This document shows positions 52,547 to 62,194 of a DNA stretch of 64,000 nt, piece after piece. The stretch's first letter is position 1; each line of letters starts with the position of its first letter. Source of the stretch: Bryobacterales bacterium (GTDB taxonomy: Bacteria; Acidobacteriota; Terriglobia; Bryobacterales; UBA6623); NCBI GenBank assembly GCA_965248235.1, contig CBDFIU010000004.1, positions 1,275,330-1,339,329 of the forward strand, given 5' to 3'. Both the position numbers and the translations under genes were made by a program. Under the pieces are notes generated by a model. That model made no database searches. It was not told the origin of the DNA and was given only the letters and a program-made list of their open reading frames with translations.

Positions 52547-54418
52547 TCACGACGGCAGCCGCTCCGCCAGCAGTTCCGCCACGTCCGCCACGCGAACATC
52601 GTCGCGGCCGGCGTGCTGCGCCGCGTCACTCAGCATAATCGGGCAATAGGGACAAGCCACGGCCACCGTCGAGGCTCCGGTGGCGGCAAGCTCGGCAAAG
52701 CGCTTGTGATTGATGCGGCCCCCGGGCAGCTCGACCTTGTCGTCGGCGATGAAGATTTGCGCTCCTCCGGCGCCGCAACAGAACACGTCCTTCCCATGGC
52801 GCACCGGCTCGGTCAGCTCAACGCCGCAAGCATCCAGCACGGCGCGCGGTTGCTCGGTAACGCCGCGGCCGCGCGCCAGATAGCAGGGGTCGTGGTAGAC
52901 GACGGGCTCCGAGGACGGTTGCACCGTGAGCTTGTGGCGCAGCTCCTCGATCAACTCGGTGTGATGAACGACTCGGATACCCAACTTCTCAAACGCCTCG
53001 TTTTGCCGGTAATCGACATCCAGCATACGCGTGCAATGCGGACAGCAGGTCACTAAGTTCTTCACGTTGTGCGACGCGAACGACCCGATGACTTTTTCGG
53101 AAAGCTCCATGTAGAGGTGTTCATTCCCCGCCCGGCGCGCCGGCTCGCCGCAGCAGGTCTCGCGCTGGAGAACACCCCAAGAAACTCCGGCGGCATCGAG
53201 GATCTTCGCCATCGCGCGGGCCACATCTTGCCCATGCGGGTCGTAACTGTTGCCGCAGCCAAGCCACAGCAGCCACTCGGCGGTTCCGTCCAAGATTGGG
53301 AACTCCTCGCCCTCGATGAATTTCGCCCGCGTGTCGTGAGAAACCTTCCAGGGATTATGCGGGGCCCGCTCCATCGCCGTGAACAGGTCCGACACTTTGT
53401 CATTGTGGGTCCGGCCTTCGCTGACCAGCCCGCGCCGCAGGTCGAGAATTTTCGCCCCGACATGCTCGATGCCGACCGGGCAAATCTGCTCGCAGGCGCC
53501 GCAAGAGAGGCACTGGAAAAGATCGTCTTCGCGAATCCAGGCTTCGCCGCGCTCAACCTCGGCAGTCGTTCCGGCGATCACTTCCGCGCCCGCCAACAGC
53601 CCGTGCTGCATTTGCAGAATGACTTCCTTCGGATTCAGCGTCCCGCCAACGGCGTTCGCTGGACAAGCATCGCCGCAGCGGCCGCACTCCACGCAAGAAT
53701 TCACATCGAGAATGTCTTTTGCCGAAAGGTCGCCAAAGTGGAGCATCCCGAAATCGTCGTCGTCTTCCTCGCGTAGCGGGCGCATGCTGCTCGTCGTCTC
53801 GCCTCGGAACAAGATCGCAATCGGCCCGATCACGAGATGCAAGTGCTTCGAGTTGGGGATCAGCAACAACATGCCGGCGAGCGAAACCGTATGCAGCCAC
53901 CAGTTGATAATCCATGGCGTCGAGCCCGCTTCCAAGCCTTGCCGGCCGGCCAGGTAGGTCACCATCAGCAGAACAATCAGCGCCGCCACGTAGCCCGACG
54001 ACGGCGAGATCTTTCCCAATGTTGGCGGCCGCACTATAAAGCGGCGATAGGCAAGGCCGACGATGCCCACCAACACGGCGATAGCCCAGACGGCGGCGAA
54101 TGTTCCGTACCAACTCTGATCCGCCGCGGCCTCTTCCAGCCCGACGAAGCCCTGGTGGATGTGCTCGATACTGACCCATCCAAAAGCGAAGAAGCCCCAC
54201 ATCACCAGCGCATGCAGGAGCCCCGCAACCGGCCGGTCGTGAATGACGCGAGTCTGGAGCATGACCTCGAGAAAGGTCGAAACCAGGCGACGCCCGAGGT
54301 CGATACGCGGAAGAGGCGGCTCGGCCCGGCGCATTTTCTCCAAGCGAGTGTAGACCGTTCGCAGGAAATACGCGAGCGACGCGAGCAGAAGCAGCAAGAG
54401 TGCGATCTGGGTGATCAC
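52547..54418 (-). CDS. Membrane Fe-S oxidoreductase (FadF/HdrD/GlpC type)
   Basis: N-terminal TMs, two CxxCxxCxxxCP motifs, two CCG domains (CCGEPARRAG, CCGAGG). Confidence 0.9.
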   Translation of the reverse strand: MITQIALLLLLLASLAYFLRTVYTRLEKMRRAEPPLPRIDLGRRLVSTFLEVMLQTRVIHDRPVAGLLHALVMWGFFAFGWVSIEHIHQGFVGLEEAAADQSWYGTFAAVWAIAVLVGIVGLAYRRFIVRPPTLGKISPSSGYVAALIVLLMVTYLAGRQGLEAGSTPWIINWWLHTVSLAGMLLLIPNSKHLHLVIGPIAILFRGETTSSMRPLREEDDDDFGMLHFGDLSAKDILDVNSCVECGRCGDACPANAVGGTLNPKEVILQMQHGLLAGAEVIAGTTAEVERGEAWIREDDLFQCLSCGACEQICPVGIEHVGAKILDLRRGLVSEGRTHNDKVSDLFTAMERAPHNPWKVSHDTRAKFIEGEEFPILDGTAEWLLWLGCGNSYDPHGQDVARAMAKILDAAGVSWGVLQRETCCGEPARRAGNEHLYMELSEKVIGSFASHNVKNLVTCCPHCTRMLDVDYRQNEAFEKLGIRVVHHTELIEELRHKLTVQPSSEPVVYHDPCYLARGRGVTEQPRAVLDACGVELTEPVRHGKDVFCCGAGGAQIFIADDKVELPGGRINHKRFAELAATGASTVAVACPYCPIMLSDAAQHAGRDDVRVADVAELLAERLPS

Positions 54419-54548
54419 GATCGGCGACCGTCCGTGGTTGTTTTCATTTGCGTGGGCGGTGCAAAAATGGGCCCGCGCGGCCCGGACACGCGCCGGTTCC
54501 GCCGAAAAAGTTCAGCCGCTGAACGATCCGCTAAAATCGAATGCATTG

Positions 54549-56990
54549 ATGCCTGACTCCGGGCCCGCCTTTTGCGACGTTGCTCTTCCCGTTCCCGTCG
54601 ATCAGCCGTTCACCTACCGCTTGCCCGAGCCCTTGCGGGAACGCGCCCGGCCCGGTGCGCGCGTCCTGGCGCCGTTCGGGTCCCGTAAGCTGACCGGGGT
54701 CGTTCTTGAGCAACACAAGAGCCCGCCCCCCGGAAAAGTCCGCGATATCATCCGCCTGCTGGACGACGAACCGGCACTCACTCCGGAACTGCTCAAGCTG
54801 GGCCGTTGGATCGCCGAATATTATAGCGCTCCGCTGGGCGAGGTTCTCAAAACGATGTTGCCGCTCGGCGGCACGATCCGAGCCGGCAAGCTGCTCTCAC
54901 TCACCGCCGCGGGGCAAGAGGCCGCCGGCCAACTCGCCGACGAAGACGATGACGATCGGGTCGTGCAGGTGCTCCGAGCTCTCGGCAAGCGGCCCCTCAG
55001 CGAGGCTTATCTCAAGCGTAAGATTGCGGGCGTTGTGCCGGTGGTGCGGAATTTGCGACGCAAGGGGTGGGTGGCAAGCGATCCGGTCGTCAAGCAAAGC
55101 GATCCGTTACGGGCGCGTTCGGGAACGCTGATGCTGGCGGCGGGCGTGCTCGACACAGCTCTCGAAAAAACCACCCGAGGCGAGAGTTGGCTGATCGACT
55201 ATCTACAACGCGACCCCGGTCCACATCGCGTCGACGCCCTGACGGAAGAGCGCAAAGACGTCAAGCGCGTCGCCGCGACTCTGGCGAAGGCGGGTGTCGT
55301 CAACCTATGGCGTGATTTCGGCACGCCCGCCGCCAAGAGCGCCGAGCACTCTCCGGCGCGCGCCCGCGTCTCGCTCAATGACGATCAGGAATCCGCTTTC
55401 GACGCTCTCCGCTCGTCGCTTCAAGACGGAAAATACAGGACGTTCCTGATCCACGGCGTTACCGGCTCAGGCAAAACGGAAGTCTATCTGCGGGCGATCG
55501 AGGAAGCTTTGCGGCTCGGGAAGAGCGCCTTGCTTATGGTCCCCGAAATCGCCCTGACACCCGCCGTGGCGGGACAATTTTTCGCCCGTTTCGGAGACCT
55601 CGTAGCGATTCTCCACAGCGCCTTTTCCGGCCTCGAACGATCGGACCAATGGAAGCGGCTGCGCGAGGGGAAAGCGCGAGTCGCGGTGGGAACCCGCTCG
55701 GCGGTCTTCGCCCCCCTGGTCGACCTAGGCCTCGTCATCGTCGACGAAGAACACGACAACAGTTACAAGCAAGACGAAACGCCGCGCTACCACGGACGCG
55801 ACGTGGCCGTAGTGCGAGGACAACGCGCCGGAGCCACCGTCATTCTCGGGTCGGCGACGCCGAGTCTCGAAACGCGCTACAACGCCGAGCGCGGCAAATA
55901 CGACTTACTGAGCATGCCGGAAAGAATCGAGCGACGTCCGCTCCCCGAGGTCGACATCATCGACATGCGTCTCGAGTTCGTCGAGACCAAGCGCCAAGAC
56001 CTCTTTTCGCGAGCTTTGGAAGAGGCGCTGCGAGCCCGCCTCGACGCCGGCGAGCAGGTCATGATGTTGCTCAACCGGCGCGGGTTCTCAAGTTTCGTGG
56101 TCTGCCGCTCCTGCGGCGAACGCATCGAGTGCCAAAACTGCTCGGTAACGCTGACCTTTCACCGCCGCGAGCAAAAGCTCTCTTGCCATTACTGCGACTA
56201 CGCCGAACCGGTGCCCAAGGCCTGCCCGAAATGCGAGAGCGAATACATCTATTTCATGGGCAGCGGGGCGGAGAAAGTCGAAGACTACCTACGCCAACGC
56301 TTGCCGAAAGCACGCATCGCGAGGCTCGACCGCGATACCGTGCGCGGTCGCGAACACTATGAATCCGTGCTGGGGGCGTTTCGCGAAGGCCGCTACGACA
56401 TTCTCGTCGGCACCCAGATGATCGCCAAGGGACACGACATCCCCAACGTCACCTTGGTCGGCGTCGTCACCGCCGACGTCGGCCTCGGCATGCCCGATTT
56501 TCGTGCCGCCGAAAGGACTTTCCAACTGCTCACCCAAGTCGCCGGCCGCGCCGGGCGCGGAGATCTCAAGGGCAAGGTTTTGTTCCAAACCATCAACCCC
56601 GACCACTACGCGATTCGTTTCGCGGCCGCGCAAGACTACGACGGTTTCTACAAGAAGGAGTTGAACTTCCGCCGCCAACTGCACTACCCTCCTCTGGCGC
56701 CGATGGCCGTTTTGCTGGTGCGTTCGAAGAAGCTCGAAGAGGCCTTGGCGCTAAGCGGAAAGCTCGGCCGACACTTGCACGAAAACGTCCCCGACGGGGT
56801 GCGGTTGATGGGCCCCGCCGCCGCCCCGGTCGTGCGGCTCAAGACGGATTATCGATATCAGTTCATCCTCAAGGGCAGAAATCGCAAGCTGGTCGCCAAG
56901 GTCGTCACCCGCGCCCGCCGTTTCGCCGTCGACGAGAACTGGCCCGCAACCGCCTTGGTCATCGACATCGACCCGACGAGCGTGATGTAA
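54549..56990 (+). CDS. priA: Primosomal protein N'
   Basis: GVTGSGKTEVY, VPEIALT, DEEHD, SATPS, four CxxC, GTQMIAKG, QVAGRAGR. Confidence 0.97.
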   Translation: MPDSGPAFCDVALPVPVDQPFTYRLPEPLRERARPGARVLAPFGSRKLTGVVLEQHKSPPPGKVRDIIRLLDDEPALTPELLKLGRWIAEYYSAPLGEVLKTMLPLGGTIRAGKLLSLTAAGQEAAGQLADEDDDDRVVQVLRALGKRPLSEAYLKRKIAGVVPVVRNLRRKGWVASDPVVKQSDPLRARSGTLMLAAGVLDTALEKTTRGESWLIDYLQRDPGPHRVDALTEERKDVKRVAATLAKAGVVNLWRDFGTPAAKSAEHSPARARVSLNDDQESAFDALRSSLQDGKYRTFLIHGVTGSGKTEVYLRAIEEALRLGKSALLMVPEIALTPAVAGQFFARFGDLVAILHSAFSGLERSDQWKRLREGKARVAVGTRSAVFAPLVDLGLVIVDEEHDNSYKQDETPRYHGRDVAVVRGQRAGATVILGSATPSLETRYNAERGKYDLLSMPERIERRPLPEVDIIDMRLEFVETKRQDLFSRALEEALRARLDAGEQVMMLLNRRGFSSFVVCRSCGERIECQNCSVTLTFHRREQKLSCHYCDYAEPVPKACPKCESEYIYFMGSGAEKVEDYLRQRLPKARIARLDRDTVRGREHYESVLGAFREGRYDILVGTQMIAKGHDIPNVTLVGVVTADVGLGMPDFRAAERTFQLLTQVAGRAGRGDLKGKVLFQTINPDHYAIRFAAAQDYDGFYKKELNFRRQLHYPPLAPMAVLLVRSKKLEEALALSGKLGRHLHENVPDGVRLMGPAAAPVVRLKTDYRYQFILKGRNRKLVAKVVTRARRFAVDENWPATALVIDIDPTSVM

Positions 56991-57128
56991 CCGATCGGAC
57001 CCCGCCGCTCCACAACCGGCAGCGCGTCGGCCTATACTGTCGAACAAGGTCGGCACGAGTGCCGGTCACCGCCATTGCGCTACGCTGAATAGAGTCGCGA
57101 AATCCCGCGGCGTACTCGCGATTGGTTT

Positions 57129-58694
57129 ATGGATTCGCACTCCCGCCGAGCATTCTTGCGAAAAGGTTTTCAGGCCGCCGCCGCCGCGTCGGTAGCCAGT
57201 GGGGCGCCCGCCCTCTTCGGCGCCCGCAAACCGAAACCGCCGCTGTGGAACGTTCTGTTCATCGGGGTCGACGATCTGCGCCCCGATTTGGGTTGCTATG
57301 GAAACAGAACCGTTCACACGCCGAATATCGACCGCTTGGCGGCGGACGGGCTCACCTTTACGGGCGCCTATTGCCAGCAAGCGGTTTGCAGCCCTTCACG
57401 CACCTCGCTGCTGACCGGGCGACGACCCGATACCACCCGCGTCTACGACCTCGAAACGCATTTTCGGCGGTACCTGCCTGGCGCTCGGACCCTGCCCGAG
57501 CAATTTCGGCGCGCCGGATACGCCTCGACGGCATTCGGGAAAGTCTTCCACAAACCACAGCTCGATGATTTCCCCTCCTGGAGCATTCCGGCATGGATGC
57601 CCGACAGCAAACAGTGGAACAGCGAGGCCAACAACTCATCGGCGCGGCAAAAATGGGATGAGTTGCGCGCCGCCAACTGGGTCTCCCCCGAACGCGTCTA
57701 CTACGACCCCGCCAAGCGGCAACCGCGGCCGCCGGGTTCGGGTTGGGGCATGCCCAGTTGGGAGTCGCGCGACGTCCCCGACGCATCTCTACCCGACGGC
57801 CAAATCGCCGATGCCGCCGGCGCGGCCCTGAAAGAGTTGCGCAATCGGCGCTTTTTCATCGGCGCCGGGTTCCTGAAACCGCATCTTCCCTTCGTCGCCC
57901 CGAAGAAATATTACGATCTCTATCCGGCCGACAAGATCGATTTGACCGAAAACACCGCCTGGCCGCACAGCGTTCCGCTCTTCGCGCTGCACGATTCCGA
58001 CGAGCTGCGCGGCTATAGCGACATCCCGGCCGAGGGATCCATTTCTGAAAAAAAGGCCCGCGAACTCGTGCGAGGCTATTACGCGTCAATCAGTTACGTG
58101 GACGCCCAAATCGGTCGACTCATTGACACGCTCGACAGCCAAGGCTTGCGCGAAAACACCGTGATTGTCTTGTGGGGCGACCATGGCTATCACCTCGGCG
58201 AACACGGCCTTTGGAACAAGCACACGAATTTCGAGGCCGCCACGCGCTCGCCCCTCGTCGTCAGCGTCCCGGGGCAACGCAATGCCGGGCGCAAGACCGG
58301 CGCGCTCACCGAATTTGTCGACATCTTTCCGTCACTGTGCGAGCTTTGCGGTGTCTCGCGTCCGTCGGGGCTTGAGGGCTCGAGCTTCGTGCCGCTGTTT
58401 GACGACCCCGAACGGCTTTGGAAGCGAGCGGTCTTCAGCCAGTACCCCAGGGAAATCCCCGGCGTCGGCCCCGGCATGGGGCATTCGATGCGCACCCAAC
58501 GCTACCGCTTCACCGAGTGGAGAGCCTTCGACACCAACTTCTTGACGTCGGAGCTTTACGACTACGAACTCGACCCCCATGAAACACGCAACATCGCCAA
58601 CCGGCCCTCCAACATCAGTTTGGTCAACGGACTTTCCGGGATGTTAAACGAAGGCTGGCGATCGTCGCTGCCGCCGATTGACGGACCCGTGTAG
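57129..58694 (+). CDS. Tat-exported sulfatase (iduronate-2-sulfatase-like)
   Basis: SRRAFL Tat motif; VDDLR, CSPSRTSLLTG (FGly), KPHLPF, GDHG.HLGE, K. Confidence 0.92.
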   Translation: MDSHSRRAFLRKGFQAAAAASVASGAPALFGARKPKPPLWNVLFIGVDDLRPDLGCYGNRTVHTPNIDRLAADGLTFTGAYCQQAVCSPSRTSLLTGRRPDTTRVYDLETHFRRYLPGARTLPEQFRRAGYASTAFGKVFHKPQLDDFPSWSIPAWMPDSKQWNSEANNSSARQKWDELRAANWVSPERVYYDPAKRQPRPPGSGWGMPSWESRDVPDASLPDGQIADAAGAALKELRNRRFFIGAGFLKPHLPFVAPKKYYDLYPADKIDLTENTAWPHSVPLFALHDSDELRGYSDIPAEGSISEKKARELVRGYYASISYVDAQIGRLIDTLDSQGLRENTVIVLWGDHGYHLGEHGLWNKHTNFEAATRSPLVVSVPGQRNAGRKTGALTEFVDIFPSLCELCGVSRPSGLEGSSFVPLFDDPERLWKRAVFSQYPREIPGVGPGMGHSMRTQRYRFTEWRAFDTNFLTSELYDYELDPHETRNIANRPSNISLVNGLSGMLNEGWRSSLPPIDGPV

Positions 58695-58799
58695 CGAAAC
58701 GACCGGGCCAAGCATCCCGATTCACTCACCGAAAAGATCATCGCCATTCGCATGATCGCTGGGATAGCCCGCAATCTCCTCAATGCCGAATCCCCCGAC

Positions 58800-58845
58800 G
58801 TGGCGCACGCTTTAGCCTGCCGTGTCGCCACTCCCGGCGACGTCT
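58800..58845. repeat. REP-like intergenic element
   Basis: GTGGCGCACGCTTTAGCCTGCCG followed by GTCGCC-actccc-GGCGAC hairpin; resemblance to acidobacterial REPs is from memory only. Confidence 0.4.
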
Positions 58846-59062
58846 CTTCTGAAGCAATCGGCCGGCCGAAACGAATTTCATACGTTCCCACACAAGGAAG
58901 TCAGCGCTCCGGCCACAATACGCCACTCAGCCCCGACCCCCAAACAGCCGCCCCTTGAACATCTCCTCCCCGCCGGTTACCCTTTCTCAAGAGCGCCCCG
59001 ACCCCAATTCGCCGGTTGCCCGCTGCCGAATCCTCGCTAACGACGACTCGAAGGAACAAACC

Positions 59063-60220
59063 ATGTCAACCGTTCGCACCGCAAGACGCTTGACGCTGGC
59101 GGCAATGGCGGCCCGCCCCGCGCCACCGCCGGCCGCAAAACCCGACATCGCTATTGCCGACCTCACCGCCCGAGCCGTGCGCGAGCCCGCCGGCGGTGCG
59201 ACCTACGTCATCGTCCGCGTCGAAACCAACCAAGGGACCGTGGGCTACGGCGAAACCCACGCCCGCCCCAACCCGGCGACCGCCGTTGCACGCGTGATGG
59301 CCGGCCGCAAAACCGTGTTGGGACTCGACGCCCTCGCCTCCGAGGCCGTTCGCCGTTCGTTGAACGATCTTCCCGCGGAAGTCCTGGCCGCCGTCGATAT
59401 CGCCCTGCTCGACATCAAAGGCAAGATCGCCGACGCCCCCATCTATCAAGTCCTCAGCGGACGCACCCGCGACAAAGCCCGAGCCTACGCCCCTCTCAGC
59501 GGCTCTTCGTTCGACGAACTCAAAGCGTCCCTCGATCAAGCCCGCGCCGCCGGCTTTCGTGCCTTCTCGCTCCCCATCCAAATTCCCGCCGGTCCCACTC
59601 GCGGCAGACAGTTCTACGCCGACACGCTCGACTTGGCCGAAAAACTCCGCGACGCCGGGGCCGACGACCTCGTCCTCGACTGCGCGGGCCGCACCACCGC
59701 CGCCGAAGCCGCCGGGCTCGCCGCGCGTTTCGAAAGATTCCGGCCCCTCTGGATCGACGAACCCACCACCGAAACCAACGAAGAAGCCCTACGCAAGATC
59801 ACCGGTGAGTCGGCAACCCCGGTCGGCTGGGGACGGGCAATCACCGACAATGCCAAGTTTCAGGACCTGTTGCGGATGGAAGCCATCGACGTGCTACGCC
59901 CGGACATCGCGCTGCTGGGCATCAGCCAAGCCCGCCGCGCCGCCGTGCTCGCCGAGGCCTACTACACCGCCGTCGCCCCCGCCAATCGCGGAGGCCCCAT
60001 CGCCACCGCCGCCGGTTTGCACATCGCCGCCTCGACGCCCAATTTCGTCCTGCTTGAAGTGCCCTTCCCGCCCGACGCCGCCGACCGCAAAATGCGCCAA
60101 GACCTCGCCGGCAGCACGATCGAGCAGGCCACCGACGGCTTTCTCAACCTGCCCACAGCCCCCGGCCTCGGCATCGAAATCAACGAGGACGCGATCGAGA
60201 AATACGAGGTAACCACATGA
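59063..60220 (+). CDS. Mandelate racemase-family protein with degenerate active site
   Basis: Enolase-superfamily fold (GYGE, DIALLDIKGK, WIDEP, PGLGIE) but FSLP, GWGR and APAN replace K, E and H. Confidence 0.85.
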   Translation: MSTVRTARRLTLAAMAARPAPPPAAKPDIAIADLTARAVREPAGGATYVIVRVETNQGTVGYGETHARPNPATAVARVMAGRKTVLGLDALASEAVRRSLNDLPAEVLAAVDIALLDIKGKIADAPIYQVLSGRTRDKARAYAPLSGSSFDELKASLDQARAAGFRAFSLPIQIPAGPTRGRQFYADTLDLAEKLRDAGADDLVLDCAGRTTAAEAAGLAARFERFRPLWIDEPTTETNEEALRKITGESATPVGWGRAITDNAKFQDLLRMEAIDVLRPDIALLGISQARRAAVLAEAYYTAVAPANRGGPIATAAGLHIAASTPNFVLLEVPFPPDAADRKMRQDLAGSTIEQATDGFLNLPTAPGLGIEINEDAIEKYEVTT

Positions 60221-61530
60221 ATCGCCGACAGTTTTTCGGAGGCGCCCTGCTCGCCGCCGCCGCCCGTCAGAAAGCCCAAGCCGCCGACCGCGGCTGTTCG
60301 CCGGCTCTTGCCTCCACTCTCTCCCCGGCCCTCGCCGCTGCCCTCCCACCATCCCCGGGAAAAATCAAAATCACCGGCATGAAGACCTTCGGTGTCACTT
60401 GGGAAGAGGATTCCGACCGGCCCTACGTCTTCATCAAGCTCGAAACCGACGCCGGCGTGGTGGGCTGGGGCGAGGCGACGCTTGAGGGCAAAGCGGGCGC
60501 TACGCTCGCCACGCTCGACGACTTGAAACCCTTCTACATCGGCCAAGACCCCATGCGCGTCGAGCACATCTGGCAGGACATGTATATCCACGCCTTTTAC
60601 CGCGCCGGCCCCATCCTCGGCTCCGCCATCGCCGGCATCGACCAGGCGCTGTGGGATATCCGCGGCAAAGTGCTCGGCCAACCCGTCTACCGTCTGCTCG
60701 GCGGCCCCGTCGATCCCCGAGGCGTGCGCGGCTACTATCACGCCCGCGCCGGGACCAAGGAAGAACTCGCCGCGCTGCGCGAGTCGGCCGAGCGGCTCGG
60801 CGTCACCGCTTTCAAGAGCGGCATCCCCGGCTATTACGAATGGATCGAAACCAACGAAACCATCGACGCCGCCGTCAAGCACATGGCCGGCCTGCGCGAA
60901 GGACTCGGCGACAAGATCGACATCGGCATCGACTTCCACGCCAAAACCAGCCCGACCGTGGCGACCATCCTTTGCCGGGAAGCCGAGCCGCTGAATCTAA
61001 TGTTCATCGAAGAGCCCTGTCCGCCGGAGAACTACAAGGCCATGCGCCGCATCGCGCGCCGCACCACCACCCCCATCGCCACTGGCGAACGCCTCGTCGC
61101 CCACTACTCGACTCAACAACTATTAGAAGACGGCACGGTCGACATTCTGCAATGCGACCTCGCGCACGTCGGCGGCCTCACCGCGCTGTGGAAAGTCGGA
61201 GCCATGGCCGAGGCCTCGGGCTGCCTGATGGCCCCCCACGCCTGCGAAGGCCCCATCGCCGGCATGGCCACATTACACGTCGACGCCGCCATGCCCAATT
61301 TCCTGGTGCAGGAAATCTGCTCCGGAATCGAGCCGACATTCAAGGAAAAACTCTGGGAAGACTGGCTCGGCTTCCCAACCATGCGAATGGTCGACGGATA
61401 TTTTCCATTACCCGAAAAACCCGGCCTAGGATTCGAGATAAATGAAACCGCCCTAGCCAAAAACCCCTTCAAAGGGACGCGGCCGATGGCCCGGGTTTTT
61501 CACGAGGACGGCTCTGTGGCGGCTTGGTGA
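60217..61530 (+). CDS. Tat-exported galactonate dehydratase-like enolase-superfamily enzyme
   Basis: NRRQFF Tat motif; GEATLEG, DQALWDIRGK, FK, DFH, EEP, TGER, PH, QE; ATGA overlap with the previous gene. Confidence 0.9.
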   Translation: MNRRQFFGGALLAAAARQKAQAADRGCSPALASTLSPALAAALPPSPGKIKITGMKTFGVTWEEDSDRPYVFIKLETDAGVVGWGEATLEGKAGATLATLDDLKPFYIGQDPMRVEHIWQDMYIHAFYRAGPILGSAIAGIDQALWDIRGKVLGQPVYRLLGGPVDPRGVRGYYHARAGTKEELAALRESAERLGVTAFKSGIPGYYEWIETNETIDAAVKHMAGLREGLGDKIDIGIDFHAKTSPTVATILCREAEPLNLMFIEEPCPPENYKAMRRIARRTTTPIATGERLVAHYSTQQLLEDGTVDILQCDLAHVGGLTALWKVGAMAEASGCLMAPHACEGPIAGMATLHVDAAMPNFLVQEICSGIEPTFKEKLWEDWLGFPTMRMVDGYFPLPEKPGLGFEINETALAKNPFKGTRPMARVFHEDGSVAAW

Positions 61531-61594
61531 ATTCCGCCCCCGACAGCTGAGGAACCATTCTTTCCAAAGGTCTTGGTTGGGACGCACTCAAAAC

Positions 61595-62053
61595 CTAGAG
61601 CAATCCCCTCTTCGCCAACTTCCAATAGAATTGCCCCAGTGACGTTAGGCGCACGGAATTTGAATTCAATGCGGCATAGTACAAATCCTGTTCTGAGTCA
61701 ACAGACAACAGCCGAGCATCTCTCAGCTTTTTGAACTTCTCGAACAACGCTACCTTCTCAACATCCGCCTCAACGTGAGTTTGCTCGCACGACGGATCCA
61801 GTTCGATTGCGCCATTGCACATTCCGAAAAACTTGGGGAGTTCGCGGAGCAGATCATCAGAAACGCTCGGTTGACAGTTGCGCACCGGGGGCAGCGTGCT
61901 GGCGTGAGTCTTATAAATCGGGCGCTGATCCCAGGATCCGAGAGCCGCCTCGACGTAAGCATAGATGGACGCAGCAGACACGTTCCCGCGCACGTCTGCG
62001 GCACCGCCTTTTAGCGCCCCGACGATCAGATCGGTAAACAACCCCCGCCCTCC
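61595..62053 (-). pseudogene. C-terminal half of a caspase-family (peptidase C14) protein
   Basis: GGRGLFTDLIVGALKGGAADVRGNVSAASIYAYV...WDQRPIYK...YYAALNS...LT.LG..YW.L; His/Cys catalytic half absent; more AT-rich than the flanks. Confidence 0.75.
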
Positions 62054-62057
62054 GGGG

Positions 62058-62166
62058 GGGATCGGTGACGGGGGATTGGTCGGGATCGGTGACCGGGATC
62101 GGGACCGGGATCGGTGACAGGCAGCTGGTCGGGATCGGTGACGGTCGGGATCGGTGACAGGCAGCT
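62058..62166 (+). repeat. Stuttered GGGATCGGTGAC array
   Basis: Perfect copies start at 62058, 62082, 62107, 62131 and 62147; degenerate copies at 62072 and 62095; the 62107 and 62147 copies extend with AGGCAGCT. Confidence 0.95.
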
Positions 62167-62194
62167 AACTGTGGTAATCTGACCTCACCACCAA

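Noticed and set aside
62058..62166. Possible CRISPR array
   Set aside because: Units are 12 bp with 1-12 nt between them, made of repeat fragments rather than unique spacers; no cas genes
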